A stretch of DNA of 64,000 nt, counting the filler, from Albugo candida (Eukaryota): assembly GCA_040437565.1 (NCBI GenBank). It is 13 parts of 13 records of this genome, joined end to end, with 100 filler letters (N's around TTAATTAATTAA, not from the genome) between each part and the next. Parts side by side here need not be neighbours in the genome. Positions count along the whole stretch, not along the records: positions 51,742 to 56,511 come from JBDOQK010000172.1; positions 56,612 to 61,360 come from JBDOQK010000173.1; positions 61,461 to 64,000 come from JBDOQK010000288.1; 10 more parts are not named here. One strand, given 5' to 3'. Both the position numbers and the translations under genes were made by a program. The notes under the pieces are model-generated. The model had not been told where the DNA came from. It did not search any database and saw only the letters and a list, made by a program, of their open reading frames with translations. Below are positions 52,920 through 64,000 of this stretch, piece by piece; within the stretch, counting starts at the first letter, position 1, and the number at the start of each line of letters is the position of its first letter.

Positions 52920-53182
52920 AATATAGCATAAGGGCATAATAGGGCATACAAAACATAAAAAGCATAAAAATAATAAAGGGCATAACATAAAAAGCATAAA
53001 AATAATAAAGGGCATAACATAAAAAGCATAAAAATAATTAAGGGCATAACATAATAAGCATAAAGAACATAACGTATTAAGCATAGAGAACATAACATAT
53101 TAAGCATAGAGAACGTAGTAGGCATAGAGAGTATAGAGAACATAGAGAGCATAGAGAATATATTAGGTATAGAGAGCATAGG
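52920..53182. repeat. GCATA/ACATA-based compound minisatellite
   Basis: ~32-bp units (AGGGCATAACATAAAAAGCATAAAAATAAT) grading into GCATAGAGA-type units, located between two convergent stop codons. Confidence 0.85.
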
Positions 53183-53197
53183 AGGAAATGAGTGGAA

Positions 53198-56100
53198 TTA
53201 TTCGGATTCAAGGCGATCAACCAAATTTACTGAGGCAGGATCAGCAGTAAGAGTAATTGATTGATCAACCCCTTTACGAAAGCCGAAAAAGAACAAGTCA
53301 TTTGGGGACTTGACCCGGGACATAGCTACATAAAGTTGGCCGTGCGATTGCATTACAGAAAGATGGATGGCTACCGCAGGTAAAGTCATACTTTGTACCT
53401 TGTGAATGGTACAAGCAAAGGCAACAGTGACGGGATACTGTGTTCGGAGATATCCAGTACCAACGACAGTACGTTTAATTTTTTTTATTCTTTTTTGAAT
53501 ACCAGAGGTGTTGTGTCTCACCAGAAGACCAGTTTCATTTACGGCAAGCAGCGTGCACATGGTACCGTTGGTCCAGCCATTTTCAACGTCGATGTTATGT
53601 ATAACCATAAGGGGAGCACCGATCTTCACTACCAGAGTATCCAAAAGGTGCGTTTCCCTTAAGGCCGCCTTTGCAGCTGTTTGACCACCACTATAATAAT
53701 CTTCGGAGTTTATTATATACTCGTCACCAGGAAGATTTTTTAGGGAACGGCTGTTACCACTGTTAACTTTTTTGTTAGTTGTGTACAATTTCACGGCATT
53801 TGAGGGCAAATCATAGTCCATTCTTATTCTTTCAAAGATAAAATTTCGAACCTAAAGAATAATTAGTTGATTTCGTTTTATTTTCAACTAGCAGTATTTC
53901 CAAAACTAACCATGATATCGACAGAAAATTTTCGGACCTTATGTAATATGCTGATGAAATAAGCATCAGATTGTCTTTGGCTTTCTTTCAGTACCAGTTT
54001 TGTTGCTTGCTTAAAAATAGAGCTTTCAAAGAAGCGGCCCTCATCTTCATTTATAGGCGTAAGCTGCGCAAAATCACCAAAAAAGACAGTCTCCACACCA
54101 CCAAGAAGAGCATTTCTCATCGTAGTCTACAATGATCAAGTTAGTTTTCTATTATAAGTTGTATTATACCATTGTTACATACCGTGACAAGAGCCTCGTT
54201 CATGATTTGCGCAAGCGACTTACTGATCATACTGCACTCGTCTATCAAAAGAATTGTCTTTTTGTGACGACGAAAGTACTCATCAAGCTTGACCGCATTC
54301 CATACTCCGGGCTGATTGGACATTCCAAAAAAGCGATGGATGGTCTGACCACCAATGTTGTGTGCAGCTACACCAGTGGGAGCAAGCTTAACCACGTTGT
54401 AACCAAGAAGTTTGTATTTTAAATACAATATGTTGAGAACGTACGACTTCCCTACACCTGCAGCACCACAAAGAACATGTATACCAAAAGGACTATTAGT
54501 AAGAATTGTTCTAATCACTGACTTCTGATCAGGAGATGCCGAATCATATGAAGCATTGAACTCATGCTGACCAGCAACATGGTCAAAGGGAATTTCTTCC
54601 AAAACTTCATCATCCTCCCTCACATTGTCAGGATTTTCAATTAAACCTTGCGATACAAGACGAAAGAAAAGACCTGTGGTATAAAGAAAAAAAATTAGAC
54701 AAGTCGTATTTTTAAAGTAGATAGATATATTACCTCTCCAAGTTCCATCCACACGGTCGCGTTCGGCTTCAAAATCAGTTGAACAATGGTTTAATACAAT
54801 TTGCTGGTAATAGTAAGCTTCACCTGCAGAAGGTCTTGTATACTTTACACGCCACAAAGGAATTCTTGTTCTAAGGCGATAGGTACGATTAAAACTATCC
54901 GTTATACTTGAACGTAGAGGACGATCGTGAAAGTTAACTGTTATCATTTCTGGCATGTCGTCATCTTCAACAAATTGCTCATCTACTTCGAGTTCCATTT
55001 CGACATTGAAGTTATTCTCAGCAGCTTCGGTTGTTATGCCAACATTATAGAATGTAAAGTACTGAGGAAAAGTAAGGTAATCTACATGTCGGGATCTGTT
55101 GCAATATTTTTCTATGTGAGATTTGGTGAAAATTTTTTTGCTGTTAGATGGAACTGAAGCAATGTCAGATCGCAATTGTCTACGATCATCTTGTGGTAAG
55201 TTGGTGTTTAAAAAAATGACTCCAACGGAGCTTTTTTGCTTAGCCCATCCCATTATATCGTAAACCGCCTCGACACTACCAACGACACGATTCTTGAAAT
55301 GGATTCTGCTAATTTCCATTGACTTTGACTGATCATCGAAGATTGACAAACCACCGGTGACTACGTTCTTGGTTAAGTACTTGGCAAGGTAATACAAAGC
55401 ACGGTTACCAATGTTGATTTGCATATCTGTATTAACTTGCATTAAGCGCAGAAAAAATGGATTATATGAATTGATGTAACCCTCATCTCCAGATCTTTGA
55501 TAAATGACTCGATCACCTTCTACGCGAGTAACGTTGCTAGGAGCAAAAGGGTAACCGAATCTACAAAAAGCAGCATTTCTTGCTTTGCAGTAATTTGTGC
55601 AACGGTGTTGTTGGTATCTTAACACCAATTCTCTAAGCTCCTACATAATATAATTTAGTTTAACGTCGATTTAGTAGACAAACATTAGGTAACTTACTTC
55701 ATCTTCACTTCTAGTGGGAATTGTAGCAACTACAATATTCTTTGCAATTAGCTGCTCAGAGCTAAGATTCGTCCAGAGGACACAGTGAACGTGGGGGGAG
55801 CCTCTCTCTTGAGTTTCAATTACCCAAGACCATTGCTTAATGCCACCAATTTTGCGGCCAAAGACTTCAAGTACATAGTGCTGAAAAAACTCTTGAGACA
55901 CACGTTTGTAGTGATGTGCAAACAAAACAGGATCATTCCAGGGCTCATTGTCAGCTACCGCATGCTTGACATGAGAAGCAAAATCGTCGCAAGTAATAGT
56001 AAAAAAAAGTTGAGGTTCACCATACTCCTCAAACATCTTGCATAAGTCCAAGTAGTTTCTACGCTTGTACGCAAATGAAGATCTTATGACATGGCTGACC

Positions 56101-56491
56101 AAGGAGGTATTATCTTTACGATGGCTTTTTGTTGAATTGTTGTAAACATCACCTTGTGTGAGTTCTCTACCACGAGTAGAAACAACATGTCTGTTACTAC
56201 TGGCAATATTGTGTTTCTCGACGGCATCAAGTACAAAAAAGAGAAAAAGAGGATCCCGTGCGAAGCGACGATCAGCTAAATTAAGGTACCTCTTAGCAAA
56301 CCCTTTCAAAGTTTCACCTTCCAAGGTAGCACGTGCAATACCACCTTCGCGTTCAGAGGGGCCAGAGTAGTCTCTAGGAACAGAGCACATAGAGTAGTGC
56401 CCTGAACCTGTGGTAAACAACCAGGGAAAGCACAATGCCATTAAAGCAGGGTGTGAAAAGTAAATGTCACTGTTATTGACAAGATCACGGC
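53198..56491 (-). CDS. Helitron RepHel (HUH Rep + PIF1-like helicase), Helitron2/Helentron-type, 5'-truncated, uninterrupted
   Basis: Rep: PQLFFTITC, IETQERGSPHVH, QQHRCTNYC, CRFGYP, YYLAKYLTK. Helicase: GAAGVGKS, APTGVAA, IDECSM, GDFAQL, QYPVTVAFACTIHKVQSMTL, HGQLYVAMSRV. Introns 55641-55697, 54674-54733, 54127-54182 and 53852-53910 all keep frame. Confidence 0.94.
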
Positions 56492-57401
56492 CTACAAAAT
56501 AAAAACTAATTNNNNNNNNNNNNNNNNNNNNNNNNNNNNNNNNNNNNNNNNNNNNTTAATTAATTAANNNNNNNNNNNNNNNNNNNNNNNNNNNNNNNNN
56601 NNNNNNNNNNNAGAAAGGACAACATAAAATAGGTGAAATATATTGTACTTACATATTCCTATAGCAATACCAGTTGACAAGCACCCTGCTAAATTATGTA
56701 AAAGCATTAGCAAAAAATAAAATTAAAAATATATTAGATGTGAGTATTAAAAGACTTGTATAAAGTTAAGTAAAGGTAGGCTGACTTGATAAAGGATGAG
56801 CTACTTGGGTGAAAAAAAAATCCGTTATATTTTACAACTATTTGTGAGAATAAATACAGCGATGATTTTACCTAAATGTGAAATGAACTCATTACGAATT
56901 ACGAGGAAGCAACACAAGCCAAAAAAAAAAAAGATGCAATAATTAAAAGTTAGAGAGGTATCTTGACACAGATCAACCTATTTCAAAGAAAAAAATAAAA
57001 AAGTTGTCAGATTTTATAATAATGAGCAAGCCAAATGCGATGAATTACCAAGACATGAGTTGAACACGTTAGGAGAGGCACCAACTAAAAGAGTAATAAA
57101 AGTTCTAAAATACGGTATGAATAAAAAAGTTTAAGACATTCAATTTTTTTTAACATTACTTGATTCATCATTCGTTACGATTAGAAACCAAAGTGTAACA
57201 GGCTATGGAAAAACTTTGTAATTGCTAAAGAAAAAATATTAGGCAAAGATATATCTAATGTTAAGCAACTTACAATAGTAAACTGTACTGAATTCACACA
57301 GTATAAGAGCTAACTAATAGAAAGGTTGAACATAATAGGAGTATTTTGTAACAAAATTATTTATTTAAAAAAAGCTAGAAAAAAACCCAGTGGGAGTGAT
57401 G

Positions 57402-57479
57402 AAAAAAGAGAGAGAGAAAGAGAAAGAAAGAGAAAGAAAGAGAAAGAAAGAGAAAGAAAGAGAGAGAAACAGAGAAAAA
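57402..57479 (+). repeat. (AGAGAAAGAA)n purine repeat, candidate subterminal repeat
   Basis: Several tandem 10-mers just inside CCCAG at 57386. Confidence 0.75.
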
Positions 57480-57579
57480 TGCCTTTTATACCTCGTTTTC
57501 AAAGAAATAGCCGGTCCTAAAAATAGACACAAAGAGTTAGTTTTTAAAAAAGATTATCAATTCTATATTAACTCACTAT

Positions 57580-59005
57580 TTATTTCTTAGAACCAGTTTT
57601 ACGAGGTTTTTTGTTTTGGCTTGACTTTCTTCCATCTCTATTGCTTTTGCTTGATCCTGAGTGAGTAGTAGCAGCAGTGTTACGTTTTTTTCCTTTTTTT
57701 AAGGAAGTAGAAATAGTGTCGTTGATTATTCTTTGTGCTGGTGTAAGCATAGGGGTACCATCCTCTTCACTATCATCACCACTTACCTGATCATCCCCAT
57801 GGTCACTATCATCTACCTCATCAACTTCACTGCTGCTATTACTAGCAGTATCAGAATCCTCTTGAACAACTACTCTACGTGAATTTGCTTTGTTTTTAAC
57901 AGGCCCAGTGGTACCAGAAGGAAATACGCTCTAAAAAATAAAAAAGTAATGATGAGTATTAATAAAAAAAATACTTGATAAATATAAAACTTACTGGAAC
58001 GGATGGTACTCTGTTATTTGTACCGCGAGCTTGTGAATTTCTTAAAATTGCTGTCAAAAAATAGTTGACCGCATAGTGTTGATCTGTACAGAATAAAGGC
58101 AAACCATCACGTTCAGCACCGAGTGTTCTTTCCACAAAATCTTCGACAATCAAACTATAGGCATCGCGAGTTCTCTTATTGAAGTCAGACCAAATAGGTG
58201 CCTCCGATGTTCCAGCTAAAATCTGTGCCTCCACAAATGTCCTTATTACAGTAAATGTATTCTGATATCTTTGTTCCAAATTCTTTTCAATTTCCTCAGG
58301 AGTCTTACAATTATCACCCAAAGGAATTTTGTTTGCGACATAATATAAATGCATAACATAAAAGAGGGCTGCCTTCCCGTATACCTTTTTAGGAGCACTA
58401 CTTCTTGCGTAATCTCTTTGACCGTATCTAAAAGGGTTCGCGTAAATAGCATTCAACTTCTCAGCTGTTCCATAATAATTGATTAATATTTCAGATACTT
58501 GATCTAAAGAACCACTTTCAATTTCTAATGCTGTAAAAAAAAAGTTAGCAAAAAACCCAATTCATCCTACATTCTTAAAAAACTTACGCCTTCTTCTTCT
58601 TTTTTGAACTGCAAGTAACTCACGATTGTTTCGTTCACCGAGTACTTGATTGACAGTAGTAGTAATAAGCGTGGCTAATTCAGTTTTGATTTTGCTAAAC
58701 ATTAAATCAAACATAGCTTTAAAAGCTGCTTCATTTACTTGCTGACCCATGGTGTTAGTAGGAATAAAACTAGGAGGAGCAGTAGCAATGGTACCAGAAC
58801 CATATCTATTAGCAGAGCCAGAATTACTGGAACTAGGATTCAAGCCTTGCAACAAAGTTGACATTTCTTGAAGTGGGTCAACCTCTTGATATTCGCTTTC
58901 CAACGAAGACATATAAACACCAGAATTATTACCACCAGAGTTACTACTTGAAGATGCAGTGTAATTGTCTTCATAAGAGTTAAAGCTGTTGTTGGGAGGA
59001 TTCAT
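57580..59005 (-). CDS. Hypothetical protein, ~434 aa, 3 exons (59005-58588, 58530-57995, 57930-57580); probable transposon accessory ORF
   Basis: Two GTAAGT...AG introns (57 and 64 nt) give one open frame. S/N-rich N-terminus, KRRRR, helical core, acidic tract, Lys-rich tail. Confidence 0.8.
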
Positions 59006-59801
59006 TTTTTTTTTGTAAATTAACTTGATAGAGAAAAGTAATAACGAAAAAAAAAAAGAAAAGTTAACGTTCTTTTATAGCTTTTTTTTTTTTCAAAAAT
59101 ATACAATCACCTTATATGAATTGAGAGCCGGCAATGAGTGATGAGTAATATGTTTTCTTGTTTGTCATCAGAAGAGCTGCAGTATTTTGAAAGAGATTAG
59201 TATAGTCTTGTATTATTTTTAATTACCTCTTTTTTTTTTCTAAATATAGTTAAAATTATTGCCACACAGCCTCTTTTACTGTGCCACTCTACAAAAATAA
59301 GATTGTGATTGATGAATACTTTGCAATAAAAAGATATATATATTTATAGTACTTACGTGTAAATAACAATGATATATACTATAAATCCAATTCAAATATT
59401 TAATTCCTTGTATCAAATAGAAATAATATCCAATTTTTGTTGTCAACCAAAAATATACGTCATTTTTTCTTTGTCGCCACATAAAATGGCTTCTGTTGCT
59501 GAGCGTGTCAAACTATTTCCATTTATATTCACTTCCCCTTTTTTTGCTGCATATGTCAAAAAGTACCATTATTACCGCAGTATTTATAATCGTTTTTTCA
59601 TGATGAAATGTAAATGCCTCATACTTAAAAATACTGCGCCCATTACTTCATCCATAATACAGTATCTAGCTATTGAATTACTAATCAGTTTTATTGAAAT
59701 TAAACCTTTGCAAATAAAAAGAATATAAATAGACTTTCTTCTTACCTATTTGACACAACCATTTTAACTTCTTTTCAAAAGCAAAGTATTTTCACATCTC
59801 T

Positions 59802-61360
59802 ATGTCTAATATCTATAAAAAATCTGCAAACCCTGCTATAAAACAAAAAAGAAAAAGAGTTTCTACTAACTATGGAAATATTAATTTAAGAAAAAATCTT
59901 CAAAGGCTGTCGCAACAATTATCTATGCCAGTTACTACTGCTCCTGTGGCTAATTCTGAAATTGATGTCGTAATGGAGGAAGCTTCAAATTCTAATGTAA
60001 TTTCTGATGAATTCAACCAAGATTCCTGGGTTCAAGACGATAAGTTTGAAGGTGAATTAAGAGAAAACTTCTCTATCCCATATGATTTCGACTTGGAAGA
60101 CGATGACATAGAAGCATTTGCTGATTATGACATTGACGTTGAAGGCGATTCATTTGTAAACAATAAGGGTATGAGGCTGACTATTCGAAAAATAAAGTTA
60201 AAACTTATTAACATTTTTTTTTATCATTTCAATAGTACCTAATAAAAATGGTCCTACTTCAGACAAGTTTACTATTCGTAATGTTGATATTGCATATAAC
60301 TCCTTCAATACAACTCAAATATACAGTATCAGACTTCTTAAGATATGCGAAGAGATGAGTGTTTCTTCAAACGCCCATAAAAAAATTGTAAAGTTTTTCA
60401 ATGAAGCGCATGCAGATGAAAGTTTTTGTAAGTAAAAAGCTAATGATTACTATTTCAATTTATATTTACCCTCCAATTACTTATAGTACGTAGTCATAAA
60501 CTTATGAATCGTGAGGCATGTGACGCTTTGATTAAAGATAGAGTACCCCTACAACTTGTGAATAGGCACAACGCGTGTCCAAAGGGATGTTATTCATTTG
60601 ATACAAAAAAAGATGCCTTGTTAAATGCTTGTCCCCACTGTAAAACACCCAAAACCGAAGCTAAACCTTGGAGGCTTTTAAGACTTGCTGACAAATTTGC
60701 TGAATTGCTTGCGTGTGATGATATTCGTGAAAAATTGGAGTATCGCTTCAACAACTATCCTAATGAACAAGTATTGAAAAATCGCAATAAACCAAACAAA
60801 GTGTATCAAGATGTTTTTGATGGTGAGGCATACGCTGATCTAGTTGCACAAGGCTTTATGGAAAACAAACACGATATTTGCATAAAGATAGATATTGATG
60901 GTTTTAAATCCAAATTTAGCTCGATGAAAATGATAATTGTACACTGTGTGGTTTTGAACTACGATATCGTTGAAGTAAACTTTTTAAAAAATAAATAGTT
61001 AAACAAAGATTGAGGCACTAATATTTTTTTCATTACCTTTATTAGCGGTTTAACAATTCATGTACCTTTCCCATAGCAGTTATATATGGTACTCTCAAGC
61101 CAGACCTGAATTCATATCTTCGTCCAATCGTGCGTCAACTTTCAAAGTTAGCTAGTAAGCCTATTTCTGTTTCACGTAATGGTGTCCATGTTACTAATGC
61201 AAGAGTGATTCCTCTCAATGTTTGTGGAGATGGTGTTCAAATAAATGAATTACTGAACTTTAAAGGTCATGGTAGTTTCTATGGTTGTAGAATTTGCTTA
61301 ACAAAAGGTAAACACCGTACTGATGCTGTTAACTCTGATGGCGATGTCGTAAATTGTACT
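59802..61360 (+). CDS. CACTA/EnSpm (Tnp2/Transposase_21-like) transposase, 3'-truncated; exons 59802-60168, 60236-60427, 60487-60974, 61046-61360
   Basis: CPKGC...CPHC, YQDVFDGEAY, IDIDGF, LNSYLRPIV, GDG...LLNFKGHGSFYGCRIC. Three introns keep frame with no stops. Confidence 0.88.
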
Positions 61361-61618
61361 NNNNNNNNNNNNNNNNNNNNNNNNNNNNNNNNNNNNNNNN
61401 NNNNTTAATTAATTAANNNNNNNNNNNNNNNNNNNNNNNNNNNNNNNNNNNNNNNNNNNNTTTGTTTCCTCGGGAACATCACCAATCAAATTTTAGCTAG
61501 CAACAATTTTCGATCAATCAATGCTGTGAAGGTGCCAATCGTCAAGACTGGATCGAAGGTCGAAATCCTCATGATTTTAAAGAAAACGTTCGGCGAGTTC
61601 AAGACGTTGTGTGATCTA

Positions 61619-63440
61619 TGTTATATTATGTGGGGTTTTAGTTGGTAAAACGGAAAGTGAATATATTAGGGCCCTTAGTTGTTGTTACTATTCTAAGCCC
61701 TAGCCTTTATGCATTGTCTTATAAGCTCCGCTGTAGGAATCTTGATTGGTGGAATATGATGCACTGTCTTTACATTGTTTCTTGACTTCGCATATCAGCA
61801 TCCGATTCGCGGAATCCTTTTCCAATATGATGATTGGCTGATTCCATTGCGACACTCCCTCTCGACGTACATTTCCTGACATTTGATTTTCGTACGAATG
61901 TCTGGAATTGTTTCGTCGAAATGGCTTTCGTTAAGAAATCGGCCAATCGATCGTTTGATTTGATATACTTGAAATCTACGTTGCCTTGTTGAACTTGTTC
62001 TCGAATGAAGTGATATCTTATGGCAATATGCTTCGCACGACTCTGATATCCATTATTCATTGCAATTGCTATTGCACTCTGATTGTCTTCATATACGATA
62101 GTGCTGGCTATATCCCGTACACCAATTTCGGATAGCAAATTCCTTATCCATAATGACTCCTGTATACATAATGATAAAGCAATGTATTCTGCCTCAGCTG
62201 TACTCAAAGCTACACTTTGCTGTAATTTCGATTTAAAAACGACTGGAGATAAATTCAACATAACCATAAACCCAGATGTTGATTTCCGGTTAAGTTAGTT
62301 GGATCTGACTTTTGTTTGTCCAGAACATATTCCTGTCGAGATTGTCGACTTCAAGTACCGAAGGACTCTAATTGCTGCGTTCCAGCGTTCTTCGCTAGGA
62401 TTTTCGAGCTGGCGACTGAGCTGGCTTACTGCAAATGCGATGTCAGGCCTTGTTCCATTTGCGATATACAAAAGCGATCCCACCAAAGACCTATAAGGTC
62501 TTTTGACCATTCTTGAATCCTTTTCTTCGATCTTTGAAAGGAACTGTTCTACAACGCAAGGATTATCAACAAATTTGGAATTGACTTGATTGTACTTTTC
62601 AACCATCCTAGATATGCTTGCTTGCTGGATGATACACATAACTTTCTCCAATCGATCATAGTTTACTTCAATACCGACTACGAATCGAACATTGCCAAGT
62701 TTCTTGAGCTTAAAATGTTTTGATAACTTCTCGACAAATTCTCCAATTTCATCCTCGCATTGTGATCCAATGCGTAGATCATCAACGTACAATGTAACCA
62801 GTAAGAATGACTCACCCTGTCGTCTAACAAAGATGCAAGGATCTGTTTTACACTGATTGAAGTTCATTCCAATGATAAATTCTGAGATAGTCTTCTACCA
62901 AGTCGATGCAGCGTGTTTCAATCCATAATGACTCCGACTTAATTTTAGAACTTTGTTTGAACCAATTTTGAATCCTTTAGGAGGAAAAACATACACTTCT
63001 TCTTTCAAGTTCCCATTTAACGATCCCGTGTCCGCATCAAATTGATGAGTATAAGCTCCAATGTGACAGCAATAACCTGAAAATACTCGAATTGAATTCA
63101 TATTGGCCACAGGCGAGTAATTTTCCATGTAGTCCACCCCATGCGTCTGTCTATATCCAAGCGCAACCACTCGGGCTTTGTATCTGTCAATTTCACCGTT
63201 TTCGTTTCTTTTAATAGTAAATACCCATTGTGTACCAATAACCTTCTTCATCGGAATTCGATCAACACATGTCCAAACTTTTTTGTTCTTTAATGCTGAC
63301 AGTTCATTTTCAATGGCTTGCTTCCAGAATCCACCTTCTGGAGATTGAACTGCTTCGTCATATGTCGCAGGTGCCTCTAATGCTGCGTTTGCCTGCTCAT
63401 AATCAATCCTGTATCTTTTTTTGAAGCTCTGTTGTGGTCA
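61619..63440 (-). mobile_element. Ty1/Copia RT-RNase H with PPT and 3' LTR (61854-61619)
   Basis: APATYDEA, WVFTIKRNENGEIDRYKARVVALGY, LYVDDL, YRSLVGSLLY, TRPDIAFAV, VALSTAEAEY, YEDNQSAI, RAKHIAIRYHFIRE. PPT GAGAGGGAG then TGTCGC...ATAACA. Only a few disruptions. LTR far end tentative. Confidence 0.93.
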
Positions 63441-63760
63441 TTGACAAACATTTTGTGCTGCATTTTTTAGGATAATAAAAATTGAAATGAGTCCAGTTGG
63501 GTGTGATCGTGAACCTTGGTTTCTTGAACACAACAAATGGAGTGTTGTGATAGGATGTGGTCGATAAAAAGATGACCATTTTTTATGAATTCCAGTAACA
63601 TTCACCGTGAGTGATGAGACATTGTTCCACGTTGAAATAATCGAGGAGCCCTTAGCATTCACGCTGAAGTGGACCAGAAATCAACCTCGTTTCACCATCT
63701 TGTTGTAAGAGGTGAAGTGTTGTATGTTCCTCTGGAAAAAAGCTGAGGTTGACTGAAAGC

Positions 63761-63961
63761 TCAGCTGTCACCATGGAGAAGTCCACGCCATCTACCTCCA
63801 ACCCTTGAGACCAACACTTTATGCCCACGTCGGAGCGGAAGAAGTATATGATCACATTGTTTGGAAGTAAACGACAATGATGACCCGGAATCCAAATCAC
63901 TGGTCCATCGGTGAGATATTGGATCCAGTGATCGTTTGTGTAGAATGTCGGAGCAGTACAC
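63761..63961 (-). pseudogene. Possible retroelement aspartic protease fragment
   Basis: LDSGSSLSFTS resembles the retropepsin DSG motif. Nothing else supports it. Confidence 0.3.
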
Positions 63962-64000
63962 ATAAATAAAAGTTCCAACAACGCGAGAGCTTTCGTTGCT

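Larger units (their letters stand above)
51742..56511 (-). mobile_element. Helitron-like element (partial)
   Basis: RepHel gene plus downstream minisatellite, convergent gene and hairpin. Extent beyond the RepHel stop is inferred. Confidence 0.7.

Noticed and set aside
52896-53179. Hydrophobic Met/Leu/Phe-rich ORFs resembling membrane peptides
   Set aside because: Translations of the GCATA minisatellite.
57326-57590. Lys/Glu/Arg-rich ORFs
   Set aside because: Translations of the AGAGAAAGAA repeat.
5268-61460. Regularly spaced TTAATTAATTAA motif every ~5 kb
   Set aside because: Always centred in exactly 44+44 N. It is an assembly linker, and gene neighbourhoods across linkers (e.g. Helitron next to CACTA) are meaningless.

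Overview
Eukaryotic DNA, not a continuous locus. The window is 13 short unplaced contigs (complete ones 5191 down to 4749 bp, sorted by decreasing length) joined by artificial 100-nt N44-TTAATTAATTAA-N44 linkers, so nothing can be inferred across a linker. Most contigs look oomycete-like (compact genes, 48-80 nt introns, TCATTC-type initiators; an Albugo-like host is plausible but is inference) and are dominated by decayed transposons: a complete MULE with TIRs and TSD, three IS630-Tc1-mariner-like transposase relics, an RTE-like LINE, and Ty3/Gypsy and Ty1/Copia fragments with 3' LTRs. One gene-dense contig (36652-41621) holds LST8, a small LSD1-like zinc-finger protein ending in a CaaX box, and a head-to-head RING/coiled-coil/PX gene. 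A spliced secreted-protein candidate lies at 16412-17227. Two visibly more AT-rich contigs carry uninterrupted spliced elements that may come from another organism. One is a Helitron2/Helentron-type RepHel with a convergent unknown gene, a minisatellite and a terminal hairpin (51742-56511). The other is a CACTA/EnSpm transposase with a divergent unknown partner gene (57386-61360). No rRNA, tRNA or CRISPR array was recognised. All gene models were built by eye from splice signals and frame continuity.
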